From positions 14,442 through 78,441 of the forward strand of contig CALLPK010000008.1 in assembly GCA_938015415.1 (NCBI GenBank): a DNA stretch of 64,000 nucleotides. Direction: 5' to 3'. Shown here one piece after another: positions 30,259 to 40,755 of the stretch (position 1 is its first letter; every line of letters begins with the position of its first letter). The notes beneath the pieces are model-generated. The model worked only from the letters and a program-made list of their open reading frames with translations, searched no databases and was not told the DNA's origin. Source of the stretch: an uncultured Saprospiraceae bacterium. GTDB lineage: Bacteria; Bacteroidota; Bacteroidia; Chitinophagales; Saprospiraceae. A program made the translations under genes and the position numbers.

Positions 30259-30613
30259 AAGTTTAGCTGTTACTAAGAAGTTAAACTGTCAAAATTATTC
30301 TCATCTTTTAAGAATGATTGCAACAGCAAATGTTGGTTTAAAAAAAAAGAAAACTTTTAGGATGAAGAGCGGTTTTCATAGTAGCTATTTCTCCTGGCCC
30401 AAAGTTACAAGAATTTATTGGTTGCCAGAGCGTCTGACTCAAATTATCAGTATCCCTATTTTAGATTCAATAGATTAGTCGAATATTGCTACCAATCAAG
30501 TGAACAAAAAATTCAGGAGATTTGATCTTTAGGCGAAGAAACGAGGCCATTAGTCGAATAGAATGGTAAAAAACTAATTTTTATCCTTATTTTTAGAAAA
30601 AAAGAAACCAGTT

Positions 30614-31207
30614 ATGTTATTAAGTATTTCAAATGGTTGGTGGGAAGGATTAACCGGAGCTGGACAGGCTTTCTGGGGCATTTCGATCGTTTTCAGTGTA
30701 TTATTCGTCATTCAATTTGTGCTCAGTTTGATTGGGGTAGATTTTGATCTGGATATGGACGGAGATGTAGATACAGATTTTGGAATGGACGCCGATTTTA
30801 GTCTATTCTCGATTCGTTCGATTATTGCGTTTTTCACCTTTTTTGGTTGGACCGGCGTACTGATGCTCGATGCAGGTTTTGGTGTTTGGGTCGCGATTAT
30901 AACGTCGCTGATCTCAGGATTTCTGGCAATGGCAATTGTTGGATATATGATGTATAAATTTACCCAATTCGATGAGTCGGGTACTTTTAATCCCAACTCG
31001 GCCATCAATCATACGGGTGAAGTATATCTCTTTATTCCCGCCGCAAAATCAGGATATGGAAAAATTCATTTAAAATTAAAAGGTGCTTTGAAAGAAATGG
31101 ACGCAGTAACGGACGAAAACCTCGAAATTCCGACTGGAACGAAAGTAAAAGTCGTAGAGGTATTGGATGATAATTTACTATTAGTTGAAAAAATTAAAAG
31201 AAAATAA
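30614..31207 (+). CDS. NfeD/YqiJ-like membrane protein, partner of the downstream flotillin
   Basis: 197 aa. It has two or three transmembrane helices and a C-terminal OB-like domain. It lies immediately upstream of an SPFH/flotillin gene, the conserved NfeD-flotillin pairing. Confidence 0.55.
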   Translation: MLLSISNGWWEGLTGAGQAFWGISIVFSVLFVIQFVLSLIGVDFDLDMDGDVDTDFGMDADFSLFSIRSIIAFFTFFGWTGVLMLDAGFGVWVAIITSLISGFLAMAIVGYMMYKFTQFDESGTFNPNSAINHTGEVYLFIPAAKSGYGKIHLKLKGALKEMDAVTDENLEIPTGTKVKVVEVLDDNLLLVEKIKRK

Positions 31208-31262
31208 ACCCCATTTTAATAATGGTCAAATAATAAATTAACGAAACTTAAAAACCTATATT

Positions 31263-32738
31263 ATGGAAAATTTAATTGTATTTGGATTAGCTGGATTTAT
31301 TGGTCTGATCGTATTGGTATTTCTAGTTTTTGTCTCCCGCTATAAGAGATGTCCTTCGGATAAGATTCTGGTGATTTATGGTAAAACCGGTGGAGGAACT
31401 TCCGCAAAAACGCTCGCTGGGGGTGCGGCTTTTGTCTGGCCCGTCATTCAAGACTATGAATATCTGGATTTAACACCTATTTCCATTGATGTAAATTTGG
31501 TAAATGCTTTAAGTAAGCAGAATATCCGGGTAAACGTACCTTCTCGTTTTACAGTAGGTATTTCTAATAAAGCGGACACCATGCTCAACGCAGCAGAACG
31601 TCTACTAGGAAAGACCACTGATCAAATCAGAGAAATTGCCAAAGATATTTTATTTGGACAGCTTCGGCTAGTAGTCGCTACGATGGACATTGAAGAAATT
31701 AACTCTGACCGTGATAAATTTCTTAGCAACGTAGCCACCAACGTAGACTCGGAGTTGCGTAAAATTGGATTGTCGCTGATCAACGTAAACGTGACCGATA
31801 TCCAGGACGAATCCGGTTATATCGAAGCATTAGGTAAGGAAGCCGCAGCCAAAGCAGTAAACGACGCAAAAATGAGCGTTGCCGAAAAAACCAGAGATGG
31901 TAGTATTGGAGAAGCTAACGCTCGCAGAGATCAGCGAATCAAAGTATCCGATGCCGAAGCGGGCGCTAAAATCGGGGAAGCCGAATCCAACGCTAAAGCC
32001 ATTAACGGAGAAAACGAATCCGCCATTTTGATCGCCCAGTCCAACGCCGAACGTCAAGTAGCCGAAGCCGAGTCTTTACGGAAAGCAACCGCCGCCGAAA
32101 AAATTCAGAAAGCAAAGTCTTTGGAGGATGCTTACGTGGCAGAAAAAGAAGCGGAAATGGCGCGTGCCGACAGAGAGCGTGCGACCCGGGAAGCAGACGA
32201 AATTGTTGAGGCAGAAATTGCAAAACGTAAACTAGAAATCGAAGCGGGCGCCGAAGCTGAGCGGATCAGATTACTTGCCAAAGGAGAAGCAGATGCGGTA
32301 TTATTACAGAAGCAGGCCGAAGCAAAAGGTTTGTACGAAGTAATGAGCAAGCAGGCACAGGGTTTTGATCAACTGGTTAAAGCTTCGGGCGGAAACAGCA
32401 GAGATGCCATCTTAATGCTGATTGCGGATAAATTAGAAACACTAGTCGCAACGCAGGTAGAAGCGATTAAGAATATCAAGATTGATAAAGTGACCGTCTG
32501 GGATGGTGGCAACGGCAACGAAGGAGAAGGGAACTCCACTTCCAAGTTCGTCTCCGGATTGTATAAATCCGTACCGCCACTGAGCGACTTGTTCAACATG
32601 GCAGGAATGGATTTACCTCAATATCTTGGCAAACAAGTGCCAACGGTCAACGGAAAATCTGCCCCACATTTATTGAACGAGCACGAGGCGGAAACGGTAG
32701 AGGTAGAAACCGGAGAAGTGAATGGTAAGAATCAGTAA
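31263..32738 (+). CDS. Flotillin-like SPFH/band-7 protein
   Basis: 491 aa. It has an N-terminal TM helix, an SPFH domain, and a long Ala/Glu-rich coiled coil (EAESNAKA..., AEAERIRLLAKGEA). Confidence 0.8.
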   Translation: MENLIVFGLAGFIGLIVLVFLVFVSRYKRCPSDKILVIYGKTGGGTSAKTLAGGAAFVWPVIQDYEYLDLTPISIDVNLVNALSKQNIRVNVPSRFTVGISNKADTMLNAAERLLGKTTDQIREIAKDILFGQLRLVVATMDIEEINSDRDKFLSNVATNVDSELRKIGLSLINVNVTDIQDESGYIEALGKEAAAKAVNDAKMSVAEKTRDGSIGEANARRDQRIKVSDAEAGAKIGEAESNAKAINGENESAILIAQSNAERQVAEAESLRKATAAEKIQKAKSLEDAYVAEKEAEMARADRERATREADEIVEAEIAKRKLEIEAGAEAERIRLLAKGEADAVLLQKQAEAKGLYEVMSKQAQGFDQLVKASGGNSRDAILMLIADKLETLVATQVEAIKNIKIDKVTVWDGGNGNEGEGNSTSKFVSGLYKSVPPLSDLFNMAGMDLPQYLGKQVPTVNGKSAPHLLNEHEAETVEVETGEVNGKNQ

Positions 32739-33001
32739 TTTGATTTAAATACTCAACAAAAATATAAAGTTAACCCCAATTGACCACTTTTTAAAAGCGT
32801 CTGTTTCTTCGAAACGGGCGCTTTTTTTGTAGTGAAGTTTCAATGGCAAACTCAATTTTCTCGTCAACCTTAGAACACAAAAGAAGAAAGCCAACTCTTA
32901 GCCAATCGTCCGCCTACCGAAAGCCAAACACAATAGAAGAGAAAAAAGCCAAACCCATCAGAAGAGAAAAAGCCCACCGAAAGCCAAACACGCCAGAAGA
33001 G

Positions 33002-33667
33002 TCAAGGCTCCAACCTCACCTTCCCCCACTCCGTTCCATCTTTTTTATAAAAAATCCGATCGTGTAAACGACTCGTACGCCCCTGCCAGAATTCATAATT
33101 TTTGGGAATAATCCGAAAACCTCCCCAATTTTCTGGCAGTGGTAGTTGTTCTACATCTTTAAAGCGCTCCTTTAATTCAATCTCTCTGGCTTCGATTTCA
33201 GAACGATCTCCTTTTGTAATTTGGCTTTGATTGCTTACCCAGGCGCCGATCTGACTGGATCTGGGGCGACTCTGAAAATAAGCCTGTGATTCTATTTTAG
33301 ACAAAAGTTCTACCTCACCTTCTATTCTGATCTGCCGCTGTAAATCCAGCCAGCAAAATACCAATGCTGCTTTCGGGTTGAGCAAAAGTTCCTGGCCTTT
33401 ACGACTACCGTAATTGGTATAAAACACAAATCCTTCCGCATCGTATTTCTTTAATAGTACAACCCTGGCCGAGGGAATACCATCCGGTGTAGCGGTGGCC
33501 AGTGTCATCGCATTCGGTTCTGGAACTTCCGCTTTTAGCGCTTCGTTAAACCAAATTCTAAACTGCTCCAACGGGTCATTTTTAGTATCTCCCATCTCCA
33601 GGGTACTGGCCCGGTAGTCTTCGCGCAGGTTTTGAATCAGATTAGTTGCATTTGTATCTTTTTTCAT
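33002..33667 (-). CDS. pdxH: Pyridoxamine 5'-phosphate oxidase
   Basis: 221 aa. It has the RVVLLK..DAEGFVFYTNYGSRKGQEL and FWQGR...RLHDR..Y motifs. Confidence 0.88.
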   Translation of the reverse strand: MKKDTNATNLIQNLREDYRASTLEMGDTKNDPLEQFRIWFNEALKAEVPEPNAMTLATATPDGIPSARVVLLKKYDAEGFVFYTNYGSRKGQELLLNPKAALVFCWLDLQRQIRIEGEVELLSKIESQAYFQSRPRSSQIGAWVSNQSQITKGDRSEIEAREIELKERFKDVEQLPLPENWGGFRIIPKNYEFWQGRTSRLHDRIFYKKDGTEWGKVRLEP

Positions 33668-33793
33668 TTCTTATCGTATTTCAATTTATAGTATACATGT
33701 TATACTTAATGTATATTTCACGCTAACCAGCCTAAGTTATTCGTTGTTCTACAAAGGTAATCAACTTCGATGATTTAGGGTCAAATCACAATT

Positions 33794-35083
33794 ATGTCCA
33801 ATAAAACTATCTGCCTCATCCTCGGAGGTGGTGTTGGAAGTAGACTTTATCCACTCACACAACATCGTTCTAAACCTGCCGTTCCAATTGGTGGCAAGTA
33901 CAAATTAATTGATATTCCGATTGCCAATTGTCTGCACTCGAATTTCGACCAAATTTTTGTTCTGACACAATACAACGCAGCCTCGCTGAATCAACACTTG
34001 AAAAACACTTACAACTTTGACGCCTTTAGCAATCGTAACGTAGAGATCCTGGCGGCGGAGCAAAGGCAAAACGACATGAACTGGTACCGCGGTACTGCGG
34101 ATGCCGTACGACAATCGCTGAGCTACATCAACCAACTGGATTATGACCATTTGCTGGTCCTGTCTGGAGATCAGCTTTACGAAATGAATTTACAAGACGT
34201 GCTATCCGAGCACATCAACAATAATGCGGAGATCACCATTGCCACCAAACCAGTGACCGCTAAGGAAGCTACCAGATTTGGGATTATGAAGACGAATAGC
34301 CAGCAGCGTATTTTATCTTTTATTGAAAAACCGACAACAGAAGTAGTCGAAGAATGGAAGTCAGATTTAGATATGCCACAAATCCTAAAGGGTAAAAACT
34401 ACCTTGCATCGATGGGTATTTATTTTTTCCGTAAAGATGCGATCCATCAATTATTTTCCGACTTGCCAGACGCGCTGGATTTTGGAAAGGAAATTATTCC
34501 ACACGCCATCAAAAATAATTATCAAGTTTACTCTTCTCTATTCGATGAATACTGGGAAGACATTGGAACGATCCGTTCTTATTTTGATACCAATATGAAA
34601 CTGGCTACCGGAGATGCTAGTTATAAATTTGGTCTGAATAAAAAGGTATTTACACTCCCAACTATGCATCCTCCAAGTCAGATAAAAGGTACCCAAATGC
34701 AGGATGTACTATTTGGAGAAGGTGGAAAAATAGCGGCAAAAGAATTGAGTACTTCCGTTGTAGGAAATCTGGCCCGAATCGGATCAGGAGCGGTCATTCG
34801 TCGCACGGTAATTTTAGGAAATGATCTTTGGGATGAAGATGGAACACCAGAAATGCCTGCTATCGGTATCGGTGAGCACGCCCAAATTGAGAATGCTATT
34901 ATTGATAAAAATGCCAGAATTGGCAATCACGTAAAAATCCTGGGTACTCAGGATTTACCCGATGCTCGACACGAATATTTTACCATCAGCGGTGGCATCG
35001 TGATTATTCACCGCAACGCCATTATACCAGATCATAGTTTAATTGGGGTAGAAGCAAAGAAAGAAGAGGCAGTCTGTTTCTAG
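33794..35083 (+). CDS. glgC: Glucose-1-phosphate adenylyltransferase
   Basis: 429 aa. The N-terminus LGGGVGSRLYPLT..RSKPAVPIGGKYKLIDIPI is the GlgC signature. Confidence 0.88.
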   Translation: MSNKTICLILGGGVGSRLYPLTQHRSKPAVPIGGKYKLIDIPIANCLHSNFDQIFVLTQYNAASLNQHLKNTYNFDAFSNRNVEILAAEQRQNDMNWYRGTADAVRQSLSYINQLDYDHLLVLSGDQLYEMNLQDVLSEHINNNAEITIATKPVTAKEATRFGIMKTNSQQRILSFIEKPTTEVVEEWKSDLDMPQILKGKNYLASMGIYFFRKDAIHQLFSDLPDALDFGKEIIPHAIKNNYQVYSSLFDEYWEDIGTIRSYFDTNMKLATGDASYKFGLNKKVFTLPTMHPPSQIKGTQMQDVLFGEGGKIAAKELSTSVVGNLARIGSGAVIRRTVILGNDLWDEDGTPEMPAIGIGEHAQIENAIIDKNARIGNHVKILGTQDLPDARHEYFTISGGIVIIHRNAIIPDHSLIGVEAKKEEAVCF

Positions 35084-35132
35084 TATATGGCGTAATAGTA
35101 TCTTGAGATAAAAAATAACTCGGTGTCTTGTT

Positions 35133-35163
35133 TAAAAAAAAGCTCCCGGTAACAAGCCGGGAG
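35133..35163 (-). terminator. Rho-independent terminator on the minus strand, copy 1 of a duplicated module
   Basis: Minus strand reads gtctcccggcttgttaccgggag followed by cttttttttaaac. The module and its 3' flank (gccgggagacaaaacaaaaaacaaa) are repeated at 35411-35465. Confidence 0.55.
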
Positions 35164-35344
35164 ACAAAACAAAAAACAAACACTATTTTTAGAAACGAAT
35201 CCTATACTCGTTTCTAAACTGCCAAAGGCAGAATTATTAAAAGAGACAGTATTTAAGAATGAGGACGATCTTGCCGGTAAGCAACCACATTAGTTACAGC
35301 TAAGGCTTAATAACGTGGGTCTTCTTAAACAACTTCAGACAATT

Positions 35345-35381
35345 AATCCATTCGTTAACATACGGATGGATTGTTTTTTTT
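35345..35381 (+). terminator. Plus-strand rho-independent terminator inside the glgC-HK intergenic region
   Basis: aatccattcg-ttaacata-cggatggatt followed by gttttttttg. Confidence 0.6.
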
Positions 35382-35410
35382 GTTGGAAATAGAAAAAAGG
35401 AAAAAGAAAG

Positions 35411-35440
35411 GAAAAAAATTCTCCCGGCAAATGCCGGGAG
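35411..35440 (-). terminator. Minus-strand terminator of the histidine kinase gene, copy 2 of the module
   Basis: Minus strand reads gtctcccggcatttgccgggag followed by aatttttttcc. Confidence 0.55.
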
Positions 35441-35654
35441 ACAAAACAAAAAACAAAAACTATGAACAAACACTCACCCAAAAGTGAGTATATTTTATAT
35501 TTATTTTTAATATATATGTATTACGTACAATTCTTCCTTTGGTTACAATCAGAAAATAAAACTATTTTAAAAATGTATCATCAAATCAGCTTATTATCAA
35601 TAGTCAAAATGTGTACCAACTACCAGCACACTGTGTATAAAATTACTGGACACT

Positions 35655-37745
35655 TTATAAAAGATGCAGTTCCTGGCTTACAGCTTCGGATTGATGGTAA
35701 TCTTTCGTAGCAATTACAGGTAAAACAACCGTAAAATGACTACCCTCACCAAGATCACTCTCTAGTAAAATATTCCCACCGAGTCGATTAATTATTTTTT
35801 TACAAATAGCAAGTCCCAAGCCAGAACCCTGATATTCTTTTCGATTATGAAGTCTTTTAAACATACCAAAAATCTGATCGTGATAACAAGCTTCAATCCC
35901 AATCCCATTGTCTGAGATGAAGAGGTGATGTGTATTTTCAACCAATTGATAGTTGATAGAAACCCTTGGATTCAGTTTATCATTATATTTAATGCCATTT
36001 TCAATCAAATTTTTGAGTAAAATTCTTAATTGAGCTTTATTGGTACAAATGAGTGGGATCTCCCCTAAGTCTATACTTGCTTCTTTTTCTTTTATTAAGG
36101 CAGCCAACCCAATCTTTGTCTCTTCCACGAGTTCTGCGACGGAGACTTGAGATACCTCTATATTTTGAGAAGAAATTTTAGAAAATGACAACACATCATT
36201 AATCAATTGTTGCATCTGACTAACATTCCGCAGAATAAAACCAAAGTATTCATCTTCTGCCTCAGATCTTTTAGATTTGCCTTCTTCCCGTTGTAATAAC
36301 TTTACGAATCCATTAATATTCCGCAGGGGTTCTTTCAGATCGTGAGAGGTGATGTAAGCAAATCTTTCCAATTCTTCGTTGCTTACCTTCAGTCGTTCGT
36401 TTACCTCTTCTAGTTCTACCGTTCTCGATTTTACCCGTTCCTCCAGCATCCGGTTATTTTTTTCTCTGCGCTGCTTACCCCGGTAAAGGGTAAGCGCAAT
36501 CAGAGTCATCAACCCGAATAATGAAAGTACTGCGACTCCACCATAGGTATGTTGGCGGATCAAGGCCTGATTTTGAGCCTGCTCTGCTTTCAGCACCTGG
36601 TTTTCTGCGTCCTTTTGCGTGAGCTGATGCTGGTAGTCGAGATCGCGGATATTTCGTTCGAGTGTTAACTTTGTCAGACTATCACTAACATTATGATACT
36701 CGGTTTTCATCAAAAAAGCATTTTCGTAGTCTTTAATTGCCTCATACGCACTCGTTAATAATTGATAATTCTTTTTCTGATCATTGAGTGCTTCACTTTC
36801 GATGGATAGTTTGAGTGCTTCATTAGCTGCGGCAATCGTCTGAGAAAATTCATTTTGCGCCAAATAAATCTTCGCAGAGGTAGTTAAACTTTTACTGATT
36901 AGATCTGAAAAACCCTTTTCCCTCGCGATTTTTCCTGCATTTCCAGCCATCACTAAAGCTAATTCTTTTTTGCCTTGCACCTCTAAAAGTCTGGCTTTCA
37001 GGTTGTAAAATGAACTAAGCACATAACCATAATTATCTCCCTCATATTTTTCTAATCTTTGGAATCCTTCTTCCAACAATTCGTCCGCTTTATTATAGTC
37101 TTCTAAGTATAGATAACTATTCGTACTTAAAACAATATTCATGTTTATCAGATAATCATGATTTACATACTCTGATAAAACTTTTGATTCCATTAACACC
37201 TCTATCGCTCGAAGATGCTGATTATCCGCCGCAAGATCTTCTCCCATGCTGCAGAGATTAATCGCAATACCAAGGGTATCCTTTTTTGATCTGGCAACTT
37301 CGCAGGCACCCTGATGATAAATATATGCCCTGGTATAATCTCCTCTGGAATAATAATTTACCCCAATATTATTCATCATAGTACTTTCCAGTTTCCAGAG
37401 GCCATAATCCTTGGCCACTTTACAGGCGGCTTCAAAAATTTCTAAAGAAGCATCTGTTTTACCTTGCATTTGCATACTGAAACCCATAGAATTCATTCCT
37501 TTAACAATTCCGTAGGGGAAATCAATCTTTTCTGACAGTAGTTTTGCTTGTTGGCCATAAGAAAACATAAGGTTCATATCCGTATTCATCATCTCTCTGG
37601 ACAACTCAATTAGAGTTATCACCTTAACCGAATCATCCGGCAAGGTCTGTAATACCTGTAAAAGACTATCTGTCGTACTGGATTTCAATTGAGAAAATAC
37701 CGTAAAAGACAGCGATAGAATTATTATGAGTTTGTAGAACTTCAT
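35655..37745 (-). CDS. TPR-repeat sensor histidine kinase
   Basis: 696 aa. It has a signal peptide, TPR-like repeats, a TM helix (VAVLSLFGLMTLIALTLY), HisKA (ITSHDLKEPLRNI) and HATPase_c (G-boxes DNGIGI, GSGLGL). Confidence 0.85.
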   Translation of the reverse strand: MKFYKLIIILSLSFTVFSQLKSSTTDSLLQVLQTLPDDSVKVITLIELSREMMNTDMNLMFSYGQQAKLLSEKIDFPYGIVKGMNSMGFSMQMQGKTDASLEIFEAACKVAKDYGLWKLESTMMNNIGVNYYSRGDYTRAYIYHQGACEVARSKKDTLGIAINLCSMGEDLAADNQHLRAIEVLMESKVLSEYVNHDYLINMNIVLSTNSYLYLEDYNKADELLEEGFQRLEKYEGDNYGYVLSSFYNLKARLLEVQGKKELALVMAGNAGKIAREKGFSDLISKSLTTSAKIYLAQNEFSQTIAAANEALKLSIESEALNDQKKNYQLLTSAYEAIKDYENAFLMKTEYHNVSDSLTKLTLERNIRDLDYQHQLTQKDAENQVLKAEQAQNQALIRQHTYGGVAVLSLFGLMTLIALTLYRGKQRREKNNRMLEERVKSRTVELEEVNERLKVSNEELERFAYITSHDLKEPLRNINGFVKLLQREEGKSKRSEAEDEYFGFILRNVSQMQQLINDVLSFSKISSQNIEVSQVSVAELVEETKIGLAALIKEKEASIDLGEIPLICTNKAQLRILLKNLIENGIKYNDKLNPRVSINYQLVENTHHLFISDNGIGIEACYHDQIFGMFKRLHNRKEYQGSGLGLAICKKIINRLGGNILLESDLGEGSHFTVVLPVIATKDYHQSEAVSQELHLL

Positions 37746-37897
37746 AAATTCAGTTAGATAGTAGACTTTATTCTAAAATATCTCTACAAAACACTTCAGT
37801 TTAAAGTCTAATTATTTTTAAATATAATTTTCAGTACACGTTGGTCGAATGAAGAAGAGTTGGACTTGGTTTGGACGATTAACTTAATCTTCAAAAA

Positions 37898-39841
37898 TTA
37901 GTCCAGAAGTTGTTCAAGAATGACCGGATCTTTTATTTGTTGATCGGCAGCTAACAACAGTGCTTTACTAACGATAATAGAAAGGAGTTGATCACCTTCA
38001 AAAGGAAGGAATAATTTGTCCAGTTTTTGGTCTTTTCGGTTGGGTACAATACAGAGATACTGGTCGTTGGGTTCCATCAGGATATTTCCGCTTCCGAGGT
38101 GAATTTTATAGGTTCGACGACTGCCTTTTACGACCAGAAAACGATCTTCAAAATGACATTTTGACGCTATTTTCAGCCGGGGAATAAGCTTTTCGAGTGC
38201 CGTTTTCCGGACTTTGGCAGAAGCAGATAATTCACTAAAGGAATAGTTTCGCCAGTAGTCATTATGCTCGGTGTTATTATCCTGCCAGCCCGGATCATTT
38301 CCGATACTGGTAACACCCACAAAGAGATCAACATCCCGCATAATTTCCGAAAAAACAATGGCTGGCACGTCGTCCATTTCCAGTTGTTCGTCGTCTTTAT
38401 AAAACCGTACCTGATCGGTAAAAATCAGATGAAAAGCCCCTTTTTCTGTCGCCTCTCCCTCCCAGTCAATTTCCACCCAAAACTCGGCGGTCATATCCCA
38501 GGCGGGAATTGCAATGGTAGGAATACTGTCGTTGGCCCATTGCCCCTTTAGTTTGTATTGCCAGTTGCGAATTTTACAGAGTGCGGCAAATTGGTGCTGC
38601 CGCAGAATGTGGGCCGCAAAGCGATTCGAATAATTGCCCGTATTCCGTTCCGCATCCGTTAGCAAGTAAATTTCCCGATAAGCTTGCTTAAAAGGTTGCC
38701 GGACCTGGTGTTCCTCCAGCCAGGTACGCCACTGCAGGACGTCAGGAGCGGAGGTATGGAAAGGATGCCAAAGCGCTACGGTTGTTCCCGCATTAATCCA
38801 GTCAATGACTTTTCCATCAACAGTTTGCCAGTACCCTTCCCAAAATACAGCCGCTACGCTTTTTTCATCCTGCGTAAATTGCCAGATAAGCCGATGGCTG
38901 AGATGGCGAACGAGTGGATGGAGATGGTAATATTTTTCCCAGATTTCATAAAGCCACAGTCTGCGGCGTAAAAAAACATCTTCTATTCTTCGACGCTGTA
39001 CACTGAGGTAGTTTTTTAGTTTTTTCGCCTCATTTTTAAAATCCTTAACCGCTACCGGATCCACATACTTAGGAGCATTTTTTAGTAATTTATCTTTTCC
39101 AGCAAACCAGTTAGTCACCACTTTTCCATCTTTTTCAATAGCAATCACACCAGTATGCGTTCCAAATGAGGTTACTATTTTATAATCCGCCGAAAGTTTA
39201 AAATCTGATACGGCCATCTCCTCCAGTTGATCTGTAGTTATTTTGTATTCTTTGGCAATGAGACGGAGGTGCTTATCTACGTTGCGACGTACGGAAGGGT
39301 AAATAATTTTATTACGAAAATGTAAGAGTTGTTCGATACCGCCAAGATCTGGCAAATTGGCTAAACTATAGAGACAAGCATTACCAATTTTTACCGAAAT
39401 GGCACCGTGCGTAGGGATTTTTTTAAAGCAAATTAAACCAATATTTTCGATCAAACCAGTAAGATGATCGTCATTTACAAAGGGAGCGGCCCAGATCATT
39501 CCTTTGAATAGTTCCTGAAATTGTTCGTGTAAAAAATAAAGCTCATTTCCGGTCTTTGTCTGTTGAATTAAATACACCAAATCATAGAGTTTGCGGAGAA
39601 ATCCAGTGGTATATTTTTGGTAAATGGGTAAGCTGATCAACTCGATCAACTCCTGTGTTTTCCGGTTCCAGCCTTTAGTAGGTCGTCCGGTTTTTTTTGT
39701 AAAAAAATGATCAAAGATTAATTGCCAGGCACGGCCTTTATCCTCATCCGTAGAATGATTGTAAAAAAAACTCAGGTCATCCTGAAATTTTTTAATACGA
39801 GTAATAATAATTTGTCGATTGGCTTTAAGCTGAGGAGACAT
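37898..39841 (-). CDS. Large Trp-rich cytoplasmic hypothetical protein, possibly DUF4132-like
   Basis: 647-aa ORF with coding-like composition and no catalytic motif recognised. The family guess is from memory only. Confidence 0.4.
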   Translation of the reverse strand: MSPQLKANRQIIITRIKKFQDDLSFFYNHSTDEDKGRAWQLIFDHFFTKKTGRPTKGWNRKTQELIELISLPIYQKYTTGFLRKLYDLVYLIQQTKTGNELYFLHEQFQELFKGMIWAAPFVNDDHLTGLIENIGLICFKKIPTHGAISVKIGNACLYSLANLPDLGGIEQLLHFRNKIIYPSVRRNVDKHLRLIAKEYKITTDQLEEMAVSDFKLSADYKIVTSFGTHTGVIAIEKDGKVVTNWFAGKDKLLKNAPKYVDPVAVKDFKNEAKKLKNYLSVQRRRIEDVFLRRRLWLYEIWEKYYHLHPLVRHLSHRLIWQFTQDEKSVAAVFWEGYWQTVDGKVIDWINAGTTVALWHPFHTSAPDVLQWRTWLEEHQVRQPFKQAYREIYLLTDAERNTGNYSNRFAAHILRQHQFAALCKIRNWQYKLKGQWANDSIPTIAIPAWDMTAEFWVEIDWEGEATEKGAFHLIFTDQVRFYKDDEQLEMDDVPAIVFSEIMRDVDLFVGVTSIGNDPGWQDNNTEHNDYWRNYSFSELSASAKVRKTALEKLIPRLKIASKCHFEDRFLVVKGSRRTYKIHLGSGNILMEPNDQYLCIVPNRKDQKLDKLFLPFEGDQLLSIIVSKALLLAADQQIKDPVILEQLLD

Positions 39842-39975
39842 TCTAAGGATCTATTAAAATAATATTGAATAACGCTTCTACAGTAAAAAATATGGTGCCT
39901 TTATGATAAACAAAGTATCTCGCTAACTACTTTAAAAATTCAATATTCATTTAATCAATATTCAGTATTCCTAAA

Positions 39976-40368
39976 TCAGCCTCCTACCAGCGGTGTAAGA
40001 CGGACAAAGCTGACCTTGGTGTGTTTATCAACAAGAATTTCTTCGTGCAAATCACCTACCTGATAATCATTTATCAATACAAAAAATCCATTTTTTTGAA
40101 AAGCATCCAAAGCTACGTAAGTCTGCTTTTCAGCGTCAATCGTTGCACCTTTTTTCATTTTATAACCATTGAGCACTCGTTCGGCAGCAGCAGGCTGTAC
40201 CAGGCCGAAATAATGAGGATGTGTATTTTGGTTAAACTGCTCCACTTCGGCGTGCACGCGTGCCTTGATTAAATCAGCTACCGTAAGTGTTTCGTCGTCA
40301 ATTTGCAACAGCAACTCATTGAGCAACTTTCCGGTCATGGACTCGTCCTGAATAGTGATATTTTTCAT
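39976..40368 (-). CDS. Hypothetical small protein
   Basis: MKNITIQDES.... The ORF-track start at 40404 is a GTG. The ATG at complement 40366-40368 is the more plausible start. Confidence 0.4.
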   Translation of the reverse strand: MKNITIQDESMTGKLLNELLLQIDDETLTVADLIKARVHAEVEQFNQNTHPHYFGLVQPAAAERVLNGYKMKKGATIDAEKQTYVALDAFQKNGFFVLINDYQVGDLHEEILVDKHTKVSFVRLTPLVGG

Positions 40369-40755
40369 AAAACAAAAATAAACAATTTCATAGTGAATAT
40401 TCACATATTATCAACAACGCAATTCAATCCTTTAGTTAAGGATTGAAAAACGAAATTAAAGTTAAGAAATTACAGCGCCATGAATGAATGTAACAATACT
40501 TATTTTTATATAAAAAATATAATTAATATCACCAAAAAATTACACTTCCTACCTAAAAAAAAACGCTAAATTTAAATTTTAAAAAACGATGCTAAGATTT
40601 GTTATTTTTTTTTTACTTTTACCATCAATCCAAATATAAACCTCAACCTGAATTTCTCAAATTTGTTACTGTGACTAATTCGCTAATCTAGGGTCTTAAT
40701 ATCAGAACGAATTTTCTTATCTATATTTTTTTAACTAAAAACAAAACATACAACT

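Noticed and set aside
35462-35710. 82-aa plus ORF overlapping the 3' end of the histidine kinase gene
   Set aside because: It is AT-rich low-complexity sequence with odd composition that overlaps the HK stop region. It is probably non-coding.
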